From: Lentimonas sp. | GTDB lineage: Bacteria; Bacteroidota; Bacteroidia; Flavobacteriales_D; Crocinitomicaceae | Length of the DNA: 40,863 nt | NCBI GenBank assembly: GCA_047637535.1 | Contig: JBLIKY010000001.1 | Coordinates: forward strand, 1 to 40,863 | Reading direction: 5' to 3' | In this document: piece after piece, positions 1-9,533 of the stretch | Layout: each line of letters starts with the position of its first letter | How positions within the stretch are numbered: the first letter of the stretch is position 1 | Position numbers and translations under genes: made by a program | Notes under the pieces: generated by a model | The model's input: only the letters and a program-made list of their open reading frames with translations | The model's database searches: none | Told to the model about the DNA's origin: nothing

Positions 1-126
1 TGGTAATGGAATTGGTCCACTAACTACTGCACCTGTTGCCTTAACAGTTTTTACAATTTTCTCTGCCGATTTGTCGACCAAGTTGTGATCGTACGACTTT
101 AATTTTATTCTAATTTTCTGGCTCAT
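1..126 (-). CDS. rpsJ: 30S ribosomal protein S10, N-terminal 42 codons only; the 3' end lies beyond the left window edge
   Basis: The reverse complement from ATG at 126..124 reads [42 protein letters not shown], a typical S10 N-terminus. It is open to position 1 and starts 10 nt downstream of the fusA stop. It is absent from the ORF track because it is truncated. Confidence 0.85.
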   Translation of the reverse strand, partial: MSQKIRIKLKSYDHNLVDKSAEKIVKTVKATGAVVSGPIPLP

Positions 127-136
127 TCTTATAAAA

Positions 137-2242
137 TTAAGCGGTAACTTTTCCATTTACTTTCGCCACTATAGCTTCTGAAACACCTTTTGGTGCTTCA
201 GCATAGTGTGAGAATTCCATTGATGATGTTGCACGTCCTGAAGAGATCGTACGTAACTGAGTTACATAACCAAACATTTCAGACAATGGAACGTCAGCTT
301 TCAATACTTTCGCACCATTTTTATCATCCATTCCTTTCATCAATCCTCTACGACGGTTCAAATCTCCTACGATATCACCCATGTTCTCTTCTGGTGTTAC
401 CACCTCCATTTTCATGATTGGTTCTAACAATACGGGTGAAGCTTTTTTCAAAGCTGATCTGTAAGCCATTTTTGCTGCTATCTCGAATGACAATGCATCT
501 GAATCGACTGCGTGGAACGAACCATCTAGCAATTGAACTTTCATAGCTTCAACAGGGAACCCTGCCATTACACCATTCTTCATTGATTCTTTGAAACCTT
601 TCTCTATAGAAGGAATAAATTCTCTTGGAATGTTACCCCCTTTAATAGAGTTAACGAATTCCAATCCTGTTTTCGTTTCGTCATCTTGTGGTTCAATTTT
701 AACCACGATGTCTGCAAACTTACCACGACCACCTGATTGTTTCTTGTAAGTCTCTCTGTGATCCACAGCAACTGTGATGTCTTCACGGTAAGATACTTGA
801 GGCTCACCTTGGTTTACCTCAACTTTAAACTCACGTCTCAGTCGGTCAATGATAATTTCCAAGTGCAACTCACCCATTCCTGAGATAATTGTTTGCCCTG
901 ACTCATCATCAGTATGTACTTGGAAAGTTGGGTCTTCTTCCGCTAATTTATTTAAACCAGTTCCTAATTTATCAGCATCTACTTGAGTTTTAGGCTCAAT
1001 TGCAATTCCAATAACCGGATCTGGGAAATCCATAGATTCCAAAACGATTTGGTGCTTCTCGTCACATAAAGTATCTCCTGTACGGATATCTTTAAATCCA
1101 ACGAATGCTCCGATATCTCCTGCGCCTAACTCATCAATTTGATTTTGTTTGTTAGCGTGCATTTGGAAGATACGAGAAATACGCTCTTTGTTATTTGATC
1201 TTGTGTTGTACACGTAAGAACCTGCAGGACATTTTCCTGAGTAAGCTCTAACGAAACACAAACGACCTACGAAAGGATCTGTTGCAATTTTAAATGCTAA
1301 ACCTGCAAACGGTTCGTCAACACTTGGCTTACGATGAGTTGGTTCGTCAGTCTTTGGATCAATACCATCGATAGAACCAACATCCATAGGCGAAGGAAGA
1401 ATCTCCATAACCATGTCTAACATTGCTTGAACACCTTTGTTTTTAAAGGCAGAACCACACATCATTGGAACAACTTTTCCAGAGATAGTCGCTTCACGCA
1501 ATGCGTCAAGAATTTCTCTTTCAGTCAAAGATTCTGGATCTTCGAAATATTTCTCCATTAACGTGTCGTCGAATTCAGCTACGGCTTCTAACAACTGCTC
1601 ACGCAACATTGTAGCTTCTTCCATAACATCATCAGGAATTGGAATCTCTTGGAAAGTCATTCCCTTATCCTCTTCGTTCCAAGTAATTCCTTTAAAGTTG
1701 ATCAAATCGACCACACCTTTAAAGCCATCCTCAGCTCCGATATTAATTTGCAACGGTAAAGCGTGGCTTCCTAACATTTCCTTAACCTGCTTACACACGT
1801 TTAAGAAATCTGCACCTTGACGGTCCATTTTGTTAACGAAACCAATTCTTGGAACGTTATAGTTGTTTGCCAATCTCCAGTTTGTTTCAGATTGTGGCTC
1901 TACACCATCAACTGCTGAAAACAAAAACACCAAACCGTCCAATACACGTAAAGAACGATTCACCTCAACTGTAAAGTCAACGTGTCCCGGAGTGTCAATA
2001 ATATTTACATGGTACTCTTGAGCACGGTACGTCCATTTCAACGTAGTTGCAGCAGAAGTAATCGTGATACCACGTTCTTGTTCTTGCTCCATCCAGTCCA
2101 TTGTCGCACCACCATCGTGTACTTCACCAATTTTGTGATTCACACCACCATAGTAAAGAATACGCTCAGTAGTTGTTGTCTTACCCGCATCAATGTGGGC
2201 AGCAATACCAATGTTTCTTGTGAATTTTAAATCTCTTGCCAT
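137..2242 (-). CDS. fusA: Translation elongation factor G
   Basis: 701 aa. GTPase motifs [17 protein letters not shown] and NKMD, plus full-length EF-G architecture. Sits in rpsL-rpsG-fusA synteny. Confidence 0.98.
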   Translation of the reverse strand: MARDLKFTRNIGIAAHIDAGKTTTTERILYYGGVNHKIGEVHDGGATMDWMEQEQERGITITSAATTLKWTYRAQEYHVNIIDTPGHVDFTVEVNRSLRVLDGLVFLFSAVDGVEPQSETNWRLANNYNVPRIGFVNKMDRQGADFLNVCKQVKEMLGSHALPLQINIGAEDGFKGVVDLINFKGITWNEEDKGMTFQEIPIPDDVMEEATMLREQLLEAVAEFDDTLMEKYFEDPESLTEREILDALREATISGKVVPMMCGSAFKNKGVQAMLDMVMEILPSPMDVGSIDGIDPKTDEPTHRKPSVDEPFAGLAFKIATDPFVGRLCFVRAYSGKCPAGSYVYNTRSNNKERISRIFQMHANKQNQIDELGAGDIGAFVGFKDIRTGDTLCDEKHQIVLESMDFPDPVIGIAIEPKTQVDADKLGTGLNKLAEEDPTFQVHTDDESGQTIISGMGELHLEIIIDRLRREFKVEVNQGEPQVSYREDITVAVDHRETYKKQSGGRGKFADIVVKIEPQDDETKTGLEFVNSIKGGNIPREFIPSIEKGFKESMKNGVMAGFPVEAMKVQLLDGSFHAVDSDALSFEIAAKMAYRSALKKASPVLLEPIMKMEVVTPEENMGDIVGDLNRRRGLMKGMDDKNGAKVLKADVPLSEMFGYVTQLRTISSGRATSSMEFSHYAEAPKGVSEAIVAKVNGKVTA

Positions 2243-2245
2243 GTT

Positions 2246-2716
2246 TTAGAATCTGAAATGTGAGAATGCTTTATTCGCTTCAGCCATACGCATAGTGTCT
2301 TCTTTCTTTTTGAAAGCAGCACCTTCTTCTTTAGATGCAGCAATAAACTCTGCAGCTAAACGATTGGCCATTGTCTTTTCATTTCTCTTACGTGAGTAAC
2401 CGATCATCCACTTCATAGCTAATGATTGTTTTCTACCCTCACGTACTGGAGTTGGAATTTGGAATGTAGCACCACCAACACGACGAGATCTTACCTCAAC
2501 CGACGGTGTAATGTTATCAATACCTTTTTTCCAAACCTCTAATCCAGTTTGATCTTCTATTTTAGACTCGATAATATCGATTGCCTCATAAAAGATTTTG
2601 AACGCTAAGTTCTTCTTCCCGTCCAACATCAAGTTGTTGACGAATTTTGTCACCATTACATCATTGAACTTCGGATCAGGAAGGATGGTAATTTTTTTGG
2701 CTTTTCTTCTTCTCAT
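2246..2716 (-). CDS. rpsG: 30S ribosomal protein S7
   Basis: 156 aa. [19 protein letters not shown]... is a canonical S7 sequence. Lies 3 nt upstream of fusA. Confidence 0.97.
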   Translation of the reverse strand: MRRRKAKKITILPDPKFNDVMVTKFVNNLMLDGKKNLAFKIFYEAIDIIESKIEDQTGLEVWKKGIDNITPSVEVRSRRVGGATFQIPTPVREGRKQSLAMKWMIGYSRKRNEKTMANRLAAEFIAASKEEGAAFKKKEDTMRMAEANKAFSHFRF

Positions 2717-2732
2717 TTCTGAAAGCTTTTAA

Positions 2733-3110
2733 TTATTTCTGTTTAGGTCTTTTTGTTCCATACTTCGAACGACGCTGAGTTCTACCCTCAACACCTGCTG
2801 TATCTTCTGCACCACGTACGATGTGATATCTCACACCTGGAAGATCTTTAACTCTTCCGCCTCGTACTAGTACAAGAGAGTGCTCTTGTAAGTTGTGACC
2901 TTCACCACCGATATACGCATTGACCTCTTTACCATTGGTCAATCGCACTCTTGCAACTTTTCTCATTGCAGAGTTCGGTTTCTTAGGAGTAGTGGTGTAA
3001 ACCCTTACACATACCCCTTTACGCTGTGGACAAGAATCTAGAGCAGCTGATTTGCTCTTCTTTGTCACTGCTGTTCTGCCTTTGCGAACTAATTGTTGAA
3101 TCGTTGGCAT
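2733..3110 (-). CDS. rpsL: 30S ribosomal protein S12
   Basis: 125 aa. [12 protein letters not shown]...[10 protein letters not shown]... is the canonical S12 signature. Confidence 0.97.
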   Translation of the reverse strand: MPTIQQLVRKGRTAVTKKSKSAALDSCPQRKGVCVRVYTTTPKKPNSAMRKVARVRLTNGKEVNAYIGGEGHNLQEHSLVLVRGGRVKDLPGVRYHIVRGAEDTAGVEGRTQRRSKYGTKRPKQK

Positions 3111-3169
3111 ACTGTAAACCTGTTAACTTAATTAATAATATATAACCCCCAAACGCACTTTGAGGGGTG

Positions 3170-3199
3170 CAAAGATAGGAGATTTAATTTACAAAGCAA
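3170..3199 (-). promoter_or_regulatory. Candidate Bacteroidota-type promoter for rpsL-rpsG-fusA (-33 TTG, 19-nt spacer, -7 TATCTTTG)
   Basis: On the - strand, TATCTTTG (3177..3170) fits the published Bacteroides/Flavobacterium -7 consensus TAnnTTTG. A TTG lies at 3199..3197, exactly 19 nt upstream. The box is about 60 nt upstream of the rpsL ATG. Confidence 0.4.
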
Positions 3200-3419
3200 G
3201 TAGTTAGATAAGAAAAGTGTATTTTTTTCACAGTCGAGTGTTAACTGTTTTTTCGAGGGAATGTTCGAAGCGATTGCGAGGGATAAATATACGGGTTTTT
3301 GGGATAAAAATTTGAGGAATTAAGAAAGAATTAGGATAATATAATTGGAGACTTTCTTTAAAATAACTCTTTCAAGACTCAAACAAATAGATACTTTTAT
3401 AGTGTACAGAATTATAAAC

Positions 3420-5189
3420 ATGGGAAAATACACGCGCTTCGTATTTATTGCAATTATCGTAACCTTCGGGTTTCAGTTTGGCGATAAGGCGTTAATCATT
3501 ACAAAAGCGGACAAACCTTGTATGGTTGCATACGACGGTTTTGGGTATTATAGCTACCTGCCTTATTTTGCCGAAAACGGAAACCTTCATGTCACCAAAG
3601 AATGGTCTGAGAAGGTAATGGCCAAGTATTGTGACAATACCTTGGTATACCAATTTCACCCGGCTAAAAGCGGAAACGACATTAATATATACCACATGGG
3701 GCTTGCCTTTGTGCAAATACCCGTTTATGTTGGAGGCACCATGCTTGCTTGGGCAATGGACAAACCTGCAGACGGTTTCTCGACTCCTTACTTCATTGCA
3801 TTCTTACTTTATTGTTTTGGCTTTGTGGTGCTGGGTGCTCGACTTTTGATTCGAGTTTTAAGAAATTTCTTCAATGACTTAACAACGGCAATTACTCTTT
3901 TTGCGATTTATTTTTGCTCCAATCTATTCATCACTTTTACGCTACAATACGACCTGCCTCATTTGTATTTGTTTGCTTTGCATACCTTGTTTTTTGGTTT
4001 GCTGATTCGGTACAAGGCGAGTATAAAAACCAAAACTTTGATTTTTGCGGCTGTGGTTCTTGGGCTTTGTTCGTTTATCAGACCCACATCTGCCCTACTT
4101 GGAATACTTCCATTACTTATACTGTACAAAGAACATAAGTTTTCAAAAGAGTTTTTCAAGAAAATCATGCTCTTTCCGCTATTTGGGTTGCTGTGGAACT
4201 TACCCCAAATCTTATACTGGTATTTGGTAGGCGGAGAACTCTTAATGACCAACCTTCACACAGAAGAAATTATATTAATTGACCCTAATTTATTTGATTT
4301 CTTGCTTAGCTTTAAGAAAGGTTGGTTTATCTACTCTCCGATAATGCTACTCCTATTTCTTGGTGGCTATTCTTTATATAGGAAGAAAAACGAATGGCTA
4401 TTGCCAATGGGGGTTATGCTACTCACATTTATTTGGGTCTTATCGTCTTGGGAATGTTGGTGGTATGCCTCGTCTTATGGCAGTCGGGTGATGATTGAAC
4501 TTTATCCTTTCATCGCGATTTTCCTTGGTGCAGCTATTCAGTTTTTAACGGTAACTACATTAAGAAAAATAAGCCTCTTAGTTTCCATCATTTTTTGTTT
4601 TGTCTTAACAGAGTTACAAAGCAAACAATACCATAACCAACAGCTGCACATGAGTAGAATGACTGGAGCGCATTATCAATATATATTTGCGGACTTATCA
4701 GGCGAAAGGCAAGAAAAGCAACGCTTGGAAATCGACAGAGACAAATTGGATTGGCCAGAAGAATATTCCTTGTTTTCAAAATCAAAATACCAACTGGATA
4801 CCGTAGAAGTTTATTCTTTAAAATATCCCTTAAAACTGAATCAGGAAGAAGGCGTTGAATTGGAAAAATACGTGGTGTTGGATCATCTTGAATCGGATGA
4901 AGCCATGTTTAATGTAGAACTCACATCCAAAACCAGTACCCCTAAAAAAAGTGCTCGATTAAGAATGGAATTTGGCAGCCGATTCAATAATTACGGCTGG
5001 CACAGTATTGAATTTTCGAAAGATCAACCGTTTGAATTAAAAACCCAAGTTTTAAAAATCAATGCGCCAAACATTCGACACAGAAATGACTTCTTAAAAA
5101 TATTTGTAGATAATACTTCTGGGTCGATCAGTCAAATCCAAAGTATTAGGATTTATGCTGTGGTGCTAAGAAGGGTTAATGAGGATTAA
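3420..5189 (+). CDS. Polytopic membrane protein, GT-C-like (ArnT/PMT-type glycosyltransferase-like), with a C-terminal soluble beta-rich domain; paralog of 5186..7009
   Basis: The track ORF starts at 3345, but the first hydrophobic segment follows the internal ATG at 3420 (MGKYTRFVFIAIIVTFGF). There are many TM segments. An Asp-containing loop (YDGFGYYSYLP) follows TM1, as in GT-C enzymes. The last ~170 aa are hydrophilic. Function is inference only. Confidence 0.7.
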   Translation: MGKYTRFVFIAIIVTFGFQFGDKALIITKADKPCMVAYDGFGYYSYLPYFAENGNLHVTKEWSEKVMAKYCDNTLVYQFHPAKSGNDINIYHMGLAFVQIPVYVGGTMLAWAMDKPADGFSTPYFIAFLLYCFGFVVLGARLLIRVLRNFFNDLTTAITLFAIYFCSNLFITFTLQYDLPHLYLFALHTLFFGLLIRYKASIKTKTLIFAAVVLGLCSFIRPTSALLGILPLLILYKEHKFSKEFFKKIMLFPLFGLLWNLPQILYWYLVGGELLMTNLHTEEIILIDPNLFDFLLSFKKGWFIYSPIMLLLFLGGYSLYRKKNEWLLPMGVMLLTFIWVLSSWECWWYASSYGSRVMIELYPFIAIFLGAAIQFLTVTTLRKISLLVSIIFCFVLTELQSKQYHNQQLHMSRMTGAHYQYIFADLSGERQEKQRLEIDRDKLDWPEEYSLFSKSKYQLDTVEVYSLKYPLKLNQEEGVELEKYVVLDHLESDEAMFNVELTSKTSTPKKSARLRMEFGSRFNNYGWHSIEFSKDQPFELKTQVLKINAPNIRHRNDFLKIFVDNTSGSISQIQSIRIYAVVLRRVNED

Positions 5190-7009
5190 TCCGCTAAATA
5201 TCCTTCGATGGCGAACTTCACGTTCTTCAATTTAAAGTCCTTCTTACCTAGGTTCCAAATATAAAGTGTCACCTTATCGTATTCTTGAAAATTATCATCA
5301 ATAATGCCTTGTATAGTCAAAGAAGTCCATTTGCCTGTTTCTGCGACCTTGTCGTTGTAAAGAGAAACTGATCTGTAAAATCGTTTCTTCCCGTCCCTTG
5401 ACATTGCGTCAATAACCAAAAATGCATCCTCAAATGAAGCGGTTTTTTGGTATTTGTCGAGACTGACGTTGTAATAGTATTTCTCGGTAGTTCGGTTGGG
5501 CTTATAGATATACTCAGCGGTTAAGCTAAATTCTTTGGAAGCATCGATGTGTATTTCTTCTTTGTGATTTAAAATCATGTTTTTGGACAATTGCTTTCCA
5601 AAAGGATGGCAAGAAAGTGTGGCATTGTATCTCCCCTTGGTTTCTTTCTTCCAAAATTGAAAGCTTGAGAAATAACTAGATGCCGTTAATCGCAAGTCTC
5701 CAACTTGTCCGGTATGATTTTGCACAAGACGAATACCGCCGGTAATTCCAAAAAGAAGGATGACTGTTATGAATATCTTATTCTTACTGCGTATCGTGAA
5801 GGAAATCATCGGTAAGAGGATGAAGAAGAAATGTTCGGTATAGGCTCTGGGTCCAAATAGCGACTCATAATCCCAGCACCACAATGCGGCAACTTGCCCT
5901 GTGAGGAGACAGAAATAAAGTAAAAACCAACCGGTGAAGAATCTAATTTTATTGACAAAAATAAAATAACCAACAGCTACGATGGAGAACAAAGTAATGG
6001 GAGCATGAATGAACAACCCTATTCTGAAACCAAACAGAACTTCAAAAATCTGCGGGTTAAACCAATTGAATCCTTCTCCAGAATACGACCAAAGTATCCA
6101 ATTGCCTGATTCCCATTTCCAGACGAGGAGCAGGATTAAGGGTCCGATGGCTGAACTAAACAATAAGCATAAAAAGTTCTTTCCAAGGTGTCGTTTTAGA
6201 TCGAGCCAAACAGAAAGTGCCAATTCCTTTTCTAAAAACAAGGCTGGAAGAATACAAATAACCAATAGATTGGTCGGTCTGACCAAGAAAATTAAGGCCA
6301 AAACAAGTCCAATCAACACGAGTCGTTTAGACGTCACGCCTTTTTTTAGGTTGACGGTAAAAATACCGAGTAAGGCAAACAAGAAAATGGAATAATGGTG
6401 AGTTATACTGGGTCTAAATAAACTATAATGCAACATGGTAGATGCCAAATAAAATGCTGGAATCATCCATGAAATCATAAAGGCATGGTTTGGAAAAAGT
6501 CGATTTAAGAATTTGAACATAAACAACACTCCGAGCACAAAGTAGAAAACACTTCCGATGAGAAGAATAAATTGATAGGTACCCGAATAACCATTGAGGG
6601 GTTTGTTGGCCAAATAAGAAACAGCAGTCGCCAAGCCAAAAAATGGAGTTTGCATTACCGCTAACCCCGGGAAGTATTTGTTGTAGATTGTCCCTTCCTG
6701 TGTTTTATACAAATAAAGAGGCGTGCCCTTGTATGGCGCGTAAGCCAACTCCATTTTCGATGATTCTTCAAAAGTCGGATCGTTGAACAAGAAAATCGCT
6801 GGCAAATAAGCGTAGTAACCCGAACCGTCAGACCGAATAATATCACGACAACCCTCCGCACTGAATCTCCCCTTGAATGCGTAGCACGCGAAGATAGAGA
6901 TAAATAGGATTAGGATCCAGGGGCGATTTTTAATTGAGAAAAACACGGAGCTAAAATAAGAAATTAGAAGTGAGAAGGAAGAAATATTAAACTTCTTATT
7001 TTTAAACAA
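5186..7009 (-). CDS. Polytopic membrane protein, GT-C-like, paralog of 3420..5189; apparent non-ATG (TTG) start
   Basis: 607 aa with the same motif order as its neighbour (SDGSGYYAYLP; PGLAVMQTPFFG...NKPLNGYS; LVRPTN; FGFRIGLFIHAP; WCWDYESLFGPR) and a hydrophilic C-terminal domain. An in-frame stop at 7019..7021 leaves only the TTG at 7009, or a downstream GTG, as start. Confidence 0.7.
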   Translation of the reverse strand: MFKNKKFNISSFSLLISYFSSVFFSIKNRPWILILFISIFACYAFKGRFSAEGCRDIIRSDGSGYYAYLPAIFLFNDPTFEESSKMELAYAPYKGTPLYLYKTQEGTIYNKYFPGLAVMQTPFFGLATAVSYLANKPLNGYSGTYQFILLIGSVFYFVLGVLFMFKFLNRLFPNHAFMISWMIPAFYLASTMLHYSLFRPSITHHYSIFLFALLGIFTVNLKKGVTSKRLVLIGLVLALIFLVRPTNLLVICILPALFLEKELALSVWLDLKRHLGKNFLCLLFSSAIGPLILLLVWKWESGNWILWSYSGEGFNWFNPQIFEVLFGFRIGLFIHAPITLFSIVAVGYFIFVNKIRFFTGWFLLYFCLLTGQVAALWCWDYESLFGPRAYTEHFFFILLPMISFTIRSKNKIFITVILLFGITGGIRLVQNHTGQVGDLRLTASSYFSSFQFWKKETKGRYNATLSCHPFGKQLSKNMILNHKEEIHIDASKEFSLTAEYIYKPNRTTEKYYYNVSLDKYQKTASFEDAFLVIDAMSRDGKKRFYRSVSLYNDKVAETGKWTSLTIQGIIDDNFQEYDKVTLYIWNLGKKDFKLKNVKFAIEGYLAD

Positions 7010-7126
7010 TGCACTTTTTCATTTAACGAAATCGAAAAACGCCTCTTTTGGAACAAAGTCATGTAATTTAAATAACTAAATTAGTACATAAACTAAATGA
7101 AAAACTAAAGGAAAGATGATACACTT

Positions 7127-8551
7127 ATGATATTTAATTCGATTTCATTTTTTATTTTCTTTTTGATTTTCTTTTTTGTCTATTGGTCGATTAATAATAA
7201 ATGCAATATTCAAGTTAGAAATCTATTTATTATTGTTTCCAGTTATGTTTTTTACGGATTTTGGGACTGGCGGTTTTTATCTTTAATTTTTATTAGTTCG
7301 GCAATCGACTTCTTTGTTGCTAAACGCATTGACAAAGAGGATAGAAAATCAGCAAGAAAAGCATTTTTATTGGTGTCCATCTTCGTGAACATTGGAATAC
7401 TTGGGTTCTTCAAATATTTTAATTTTTTCATTGAGTCGTTTAGTGAATTATTTTCGGGTTTTTCTGTAGAAATAAATCCCACAACGCTTAAAATCATTTT
7501 GCCGGTTGGCATCTCTTTTTACACTTTTCAAACTTTAAGTTACACTATAGATGTATATAAAAAAAGGTTAAAACCTACCAATGATATCCTTTCATTTTTT
7601 GCATTCGTTTCATTTTTTCCACAGTTAGTAGCAGGTCCAATTGAAAGAGCAAGTAACTTGCTGAAGCAATTTCAGGTTAAAAAACTTTTCAGTTACAACC
7701 TATGCACTGCGGGGTTAAGGTTAGTGCTTTGGGGGTTTTTTAAAAAGATTGTAATTGCCGATAATTTTGGAGCCTTGGCTGATAGTATTTTTGAACAAAG
7801 CACAACAATTCCGGGTGTCTCAGTATTCGCGGGAGCGGTGTTTTTCGCTCTACAGATATATTCCGATTTTTCAGGATATTCTGACATCGCCATTGGTATA
7901 TCAAAAATGCTTGGCTTTGATTTAATGACGAATTTCAGAACTCCATATTTTGCTAAATCATTTGTTGATTTTTGGCAGAGATGGCATATCTCGCTCTCAA
8001 CATGGTTTCGTGATTATGTCTATATTCCTTTAGGTGGGAATAGAAAAGGACCATTGAGAATGCACACAAACATTTTTGCAACCTTCTTGTTATCTGGATT
8101 ATGGCATGGAGCAAACTTTACCTTTTTAATCTGGGGAGGTTTACATGGTTTGGCACTGATCATTGAGAAAAATATCCGAATCAAAGTACACAAGTTCATT
8201 TATTACCCAATTGTACTATTTACCGTTATCCTTTTTTGGCTTCCTTTTCGTGCAGAAAATATAGGGCATTTAATTGACTTAGGGAACTCCCTGATTGATT
8301 TTAGTTCTTATTCTTTCGGTCATCTCGTTAGCATAGTAGATGAGTTTTCAATAATGAGGTTTTTTATATTGTCCCTTGTTTTGATTTCTTTCTTAATTGT
8401 AGAATCCAAAATAGGGTTGAGTGATTTTAATACTTGGATAATCCAAAGAAGTAAAAGAACCAGATTGATGACCTATTACATATTAATCTTCGCGATCATT
8501 TTCATTGGAAATTTCAGCGTTAAGCCAAGTTTTATTTATTTTCAATTTTGA
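7127..8551 (+). CDS. MBOAT-family membrane-bound O-acyltransferase (AlgI/DltB/PatA-like)
   Basis: 474 aa, polytopic. MBOAT signatures WQRWHISLSTWFRDYVYIPLGGNR and SGLWHG (the conserved His). Confidence 0.9.
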   Translation: MIFNSISFFIFFLIFFFVYWSINNKCNIQVRNLFIIVSSYVFYGFWDWRFLSLIFISSAIDFFVAKRIDKEDRKSARKAFLLVSIFVNIGILGFFKYFNFFIESFSELFSGFSVEINPTTLKIILPVGISFYTFQTLSYTIDVYKKRLKPTNDILSFFAFVSFFPQLVAGPIERASNLLKQFQVKKLFSYNLCTAGLRLVLWGFFKKIVIADNFGALADSIFEQSTTIPGVSVFAGAVFFALQIYSDFSGYSDIAIGISKMLGFDLMTNFRTPYFAKSFVDFWQRWHISLSTWFRDYVYIPLGGNRKGPLRMHTNIFATFLLSGLWHGANFTFLIWGGLHGLALIIEKNIRIKVHKFIYYPIVLFTVILFWLPFRAENIGHLIDLGNSLIDFSSYSFGHLVSIVDEFSIMRFFILSLVLISFLIVESKIGLSDFNTWIIQRSKRTRLMTYYILIFAIIFIGNFSVKPSFIYFQF

Positions 8552-9471
8552 TGAAGAAACTCCTAAAACACATACTTTTTTTGATTCTTCCCGTTTTAGC
8601 GATAATTCTGGCTATTCCGATTGATAAAAGACTTAAATATAAAGGATTAAAAGACGATTGCTTTAATCATGGAGTTTGGATTCATGATAGAATATTTAAT
8701 AATGAGAAGCCCATTGACATTGCTTTTTTAGGTTCATCACATTCTGTTAACGGAATCAATGATAAGATCATAACAGACAACCTAAAAAATGGAATTGCAG
8801 TTAATTTGAGTTATTGTCGTTTAGGTCGCAATCTAAGTTTTTCAATACTTAAGGAATTGATTGGTCAAAAAAAGCCCAAACATTTAATCCTTGAAGTAAG
8901 AGAGGATGAGGACAGGTATAGCCATCCAATATTTCCATATATCGCGAGAACCAGTGATGTCTTATTGCCAAATCCATTTTTTAATCGAGACATATTATCA
9001 GATATGTGGACACATATTAAATACAAAACCGAACTATTGCAAGACATGATTTTTCATCGTGACGATAAGTCTCCGAACGAATTAAGTGATTACGGCTTTG
9101 CGGCTTCAGAAGACACGGCTTCCATTGTATCACTGGAGGAAGCTAAACAAAAACGTAGTGCTCCAAATCAAAAATTGACTGAATTCGAAAGAAATTTTCA
9201 GATGAACTTTCCGCGAACTTACCTTCGCAAAATTCATGATTTATGCATTAGAAATAAGGTGAGAATTACTTTTTTATACCTACCTGCTTATGGTTCTTCA
9301 AAAAAGAAGCCAATGGAGTTGACAACCTATCGTAAATATGGAGAAGTGCTATTCATACCTAAGTTAATAATGGAGAACCAAAATTATTGGCATGATGAAG
9401 AACATTTTAATCAGGCTGGCGCTCAAGCTTTATCTCTGTGGGTGAGTTCTAAAATAGGTATTAGTAATTAG
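8551..9471 (+). CDS. Membrane-anchored DltD/AlgJ-like SGNH-fold partner of the MBOAT protein
   Basis: The ATG at 8551 overlaps the MBOAT TGA (TGATG); the track starts at the TTG at 8548. It has an N-terminal TM anchor, a block-I-like FLGSSHS motif, and a C-terminal DEEH (DxxH) motif as in SGNH/DltD proteins. Confidence 0.7.
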   Translation: MKKLLKHILFLILPVLAIILAIPIDKRLKYKGLKDDCFNHGVWIHDRIFNNEKPIDIAFLGSSHSVNGINDKIITDNLKNGIAVNLSYCRLGRNLSFSILKELIGQKKPKHLILEVREDEDRYSHPIFPYIARTSDVLLPNPFFNRDILSDMWTHIKYKTELLQDMIFHRDDKSPNELSDYGFAASEDTASIVSLEEAKQKRSAPNQKLTEFERNFQMNFPRTYLRKIHDLCIRNKVRITFLYLPAYGSSKKKPMELTTYRKYGEVLFIPKLIMENQNYWHDEEHFNQAGAQALSLWVSSKIGISN

Positions 9472-9476
9472 CTGCT

Positions 9477-9520
9477 AGGCATTAGCGGTTAGAAAATCTA
9501 AAAACTATTTTCTAATGCCT
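9477..9520. terminator. Imperfect hairpin between convergent genes, a possible bidirectional terminator
   Basis: AGGCATTAG...AAAAT (9477-9497) pairs with ATTTTCTAATGCCT (9507-9520) with an internal bulge. It lies between the stops of 8551..9471 (+) and pdhB (-). Confidence 0.45.
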
Positions 9521-9533
9521 AATAATCTATTCC

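Noticed and set aside
190-2230. Antisense ORFs inside fusA (190..417, 1437..1820, 1982..2230 on +; 604..807 on - in another frame)
   Set aside because: They overlap an unmistakable EF-G reading frame, are low-complexity, and have no recognisable motifs. The same reasoning applies to the other short track ORFs nested in or antisense to rpsG-scale or larger genes. Examples: 3492..3716, 6009..6395, 10800..11132, 15973..16260, 17912..18187, 31852..32211, 32108..32428, 35626..35838 and 37676..37912.
3345-3419. N-terminal extension of the first GT-C-like protein (track start at 3345)
   Set aside because: The extra 25 residues (METFFKITLSRLKQIDTFIVYRIIN) precede a typical Met-Lys + TM start at 3420 and have no counterpart in the paralog. 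I cannot exclude the longer form.
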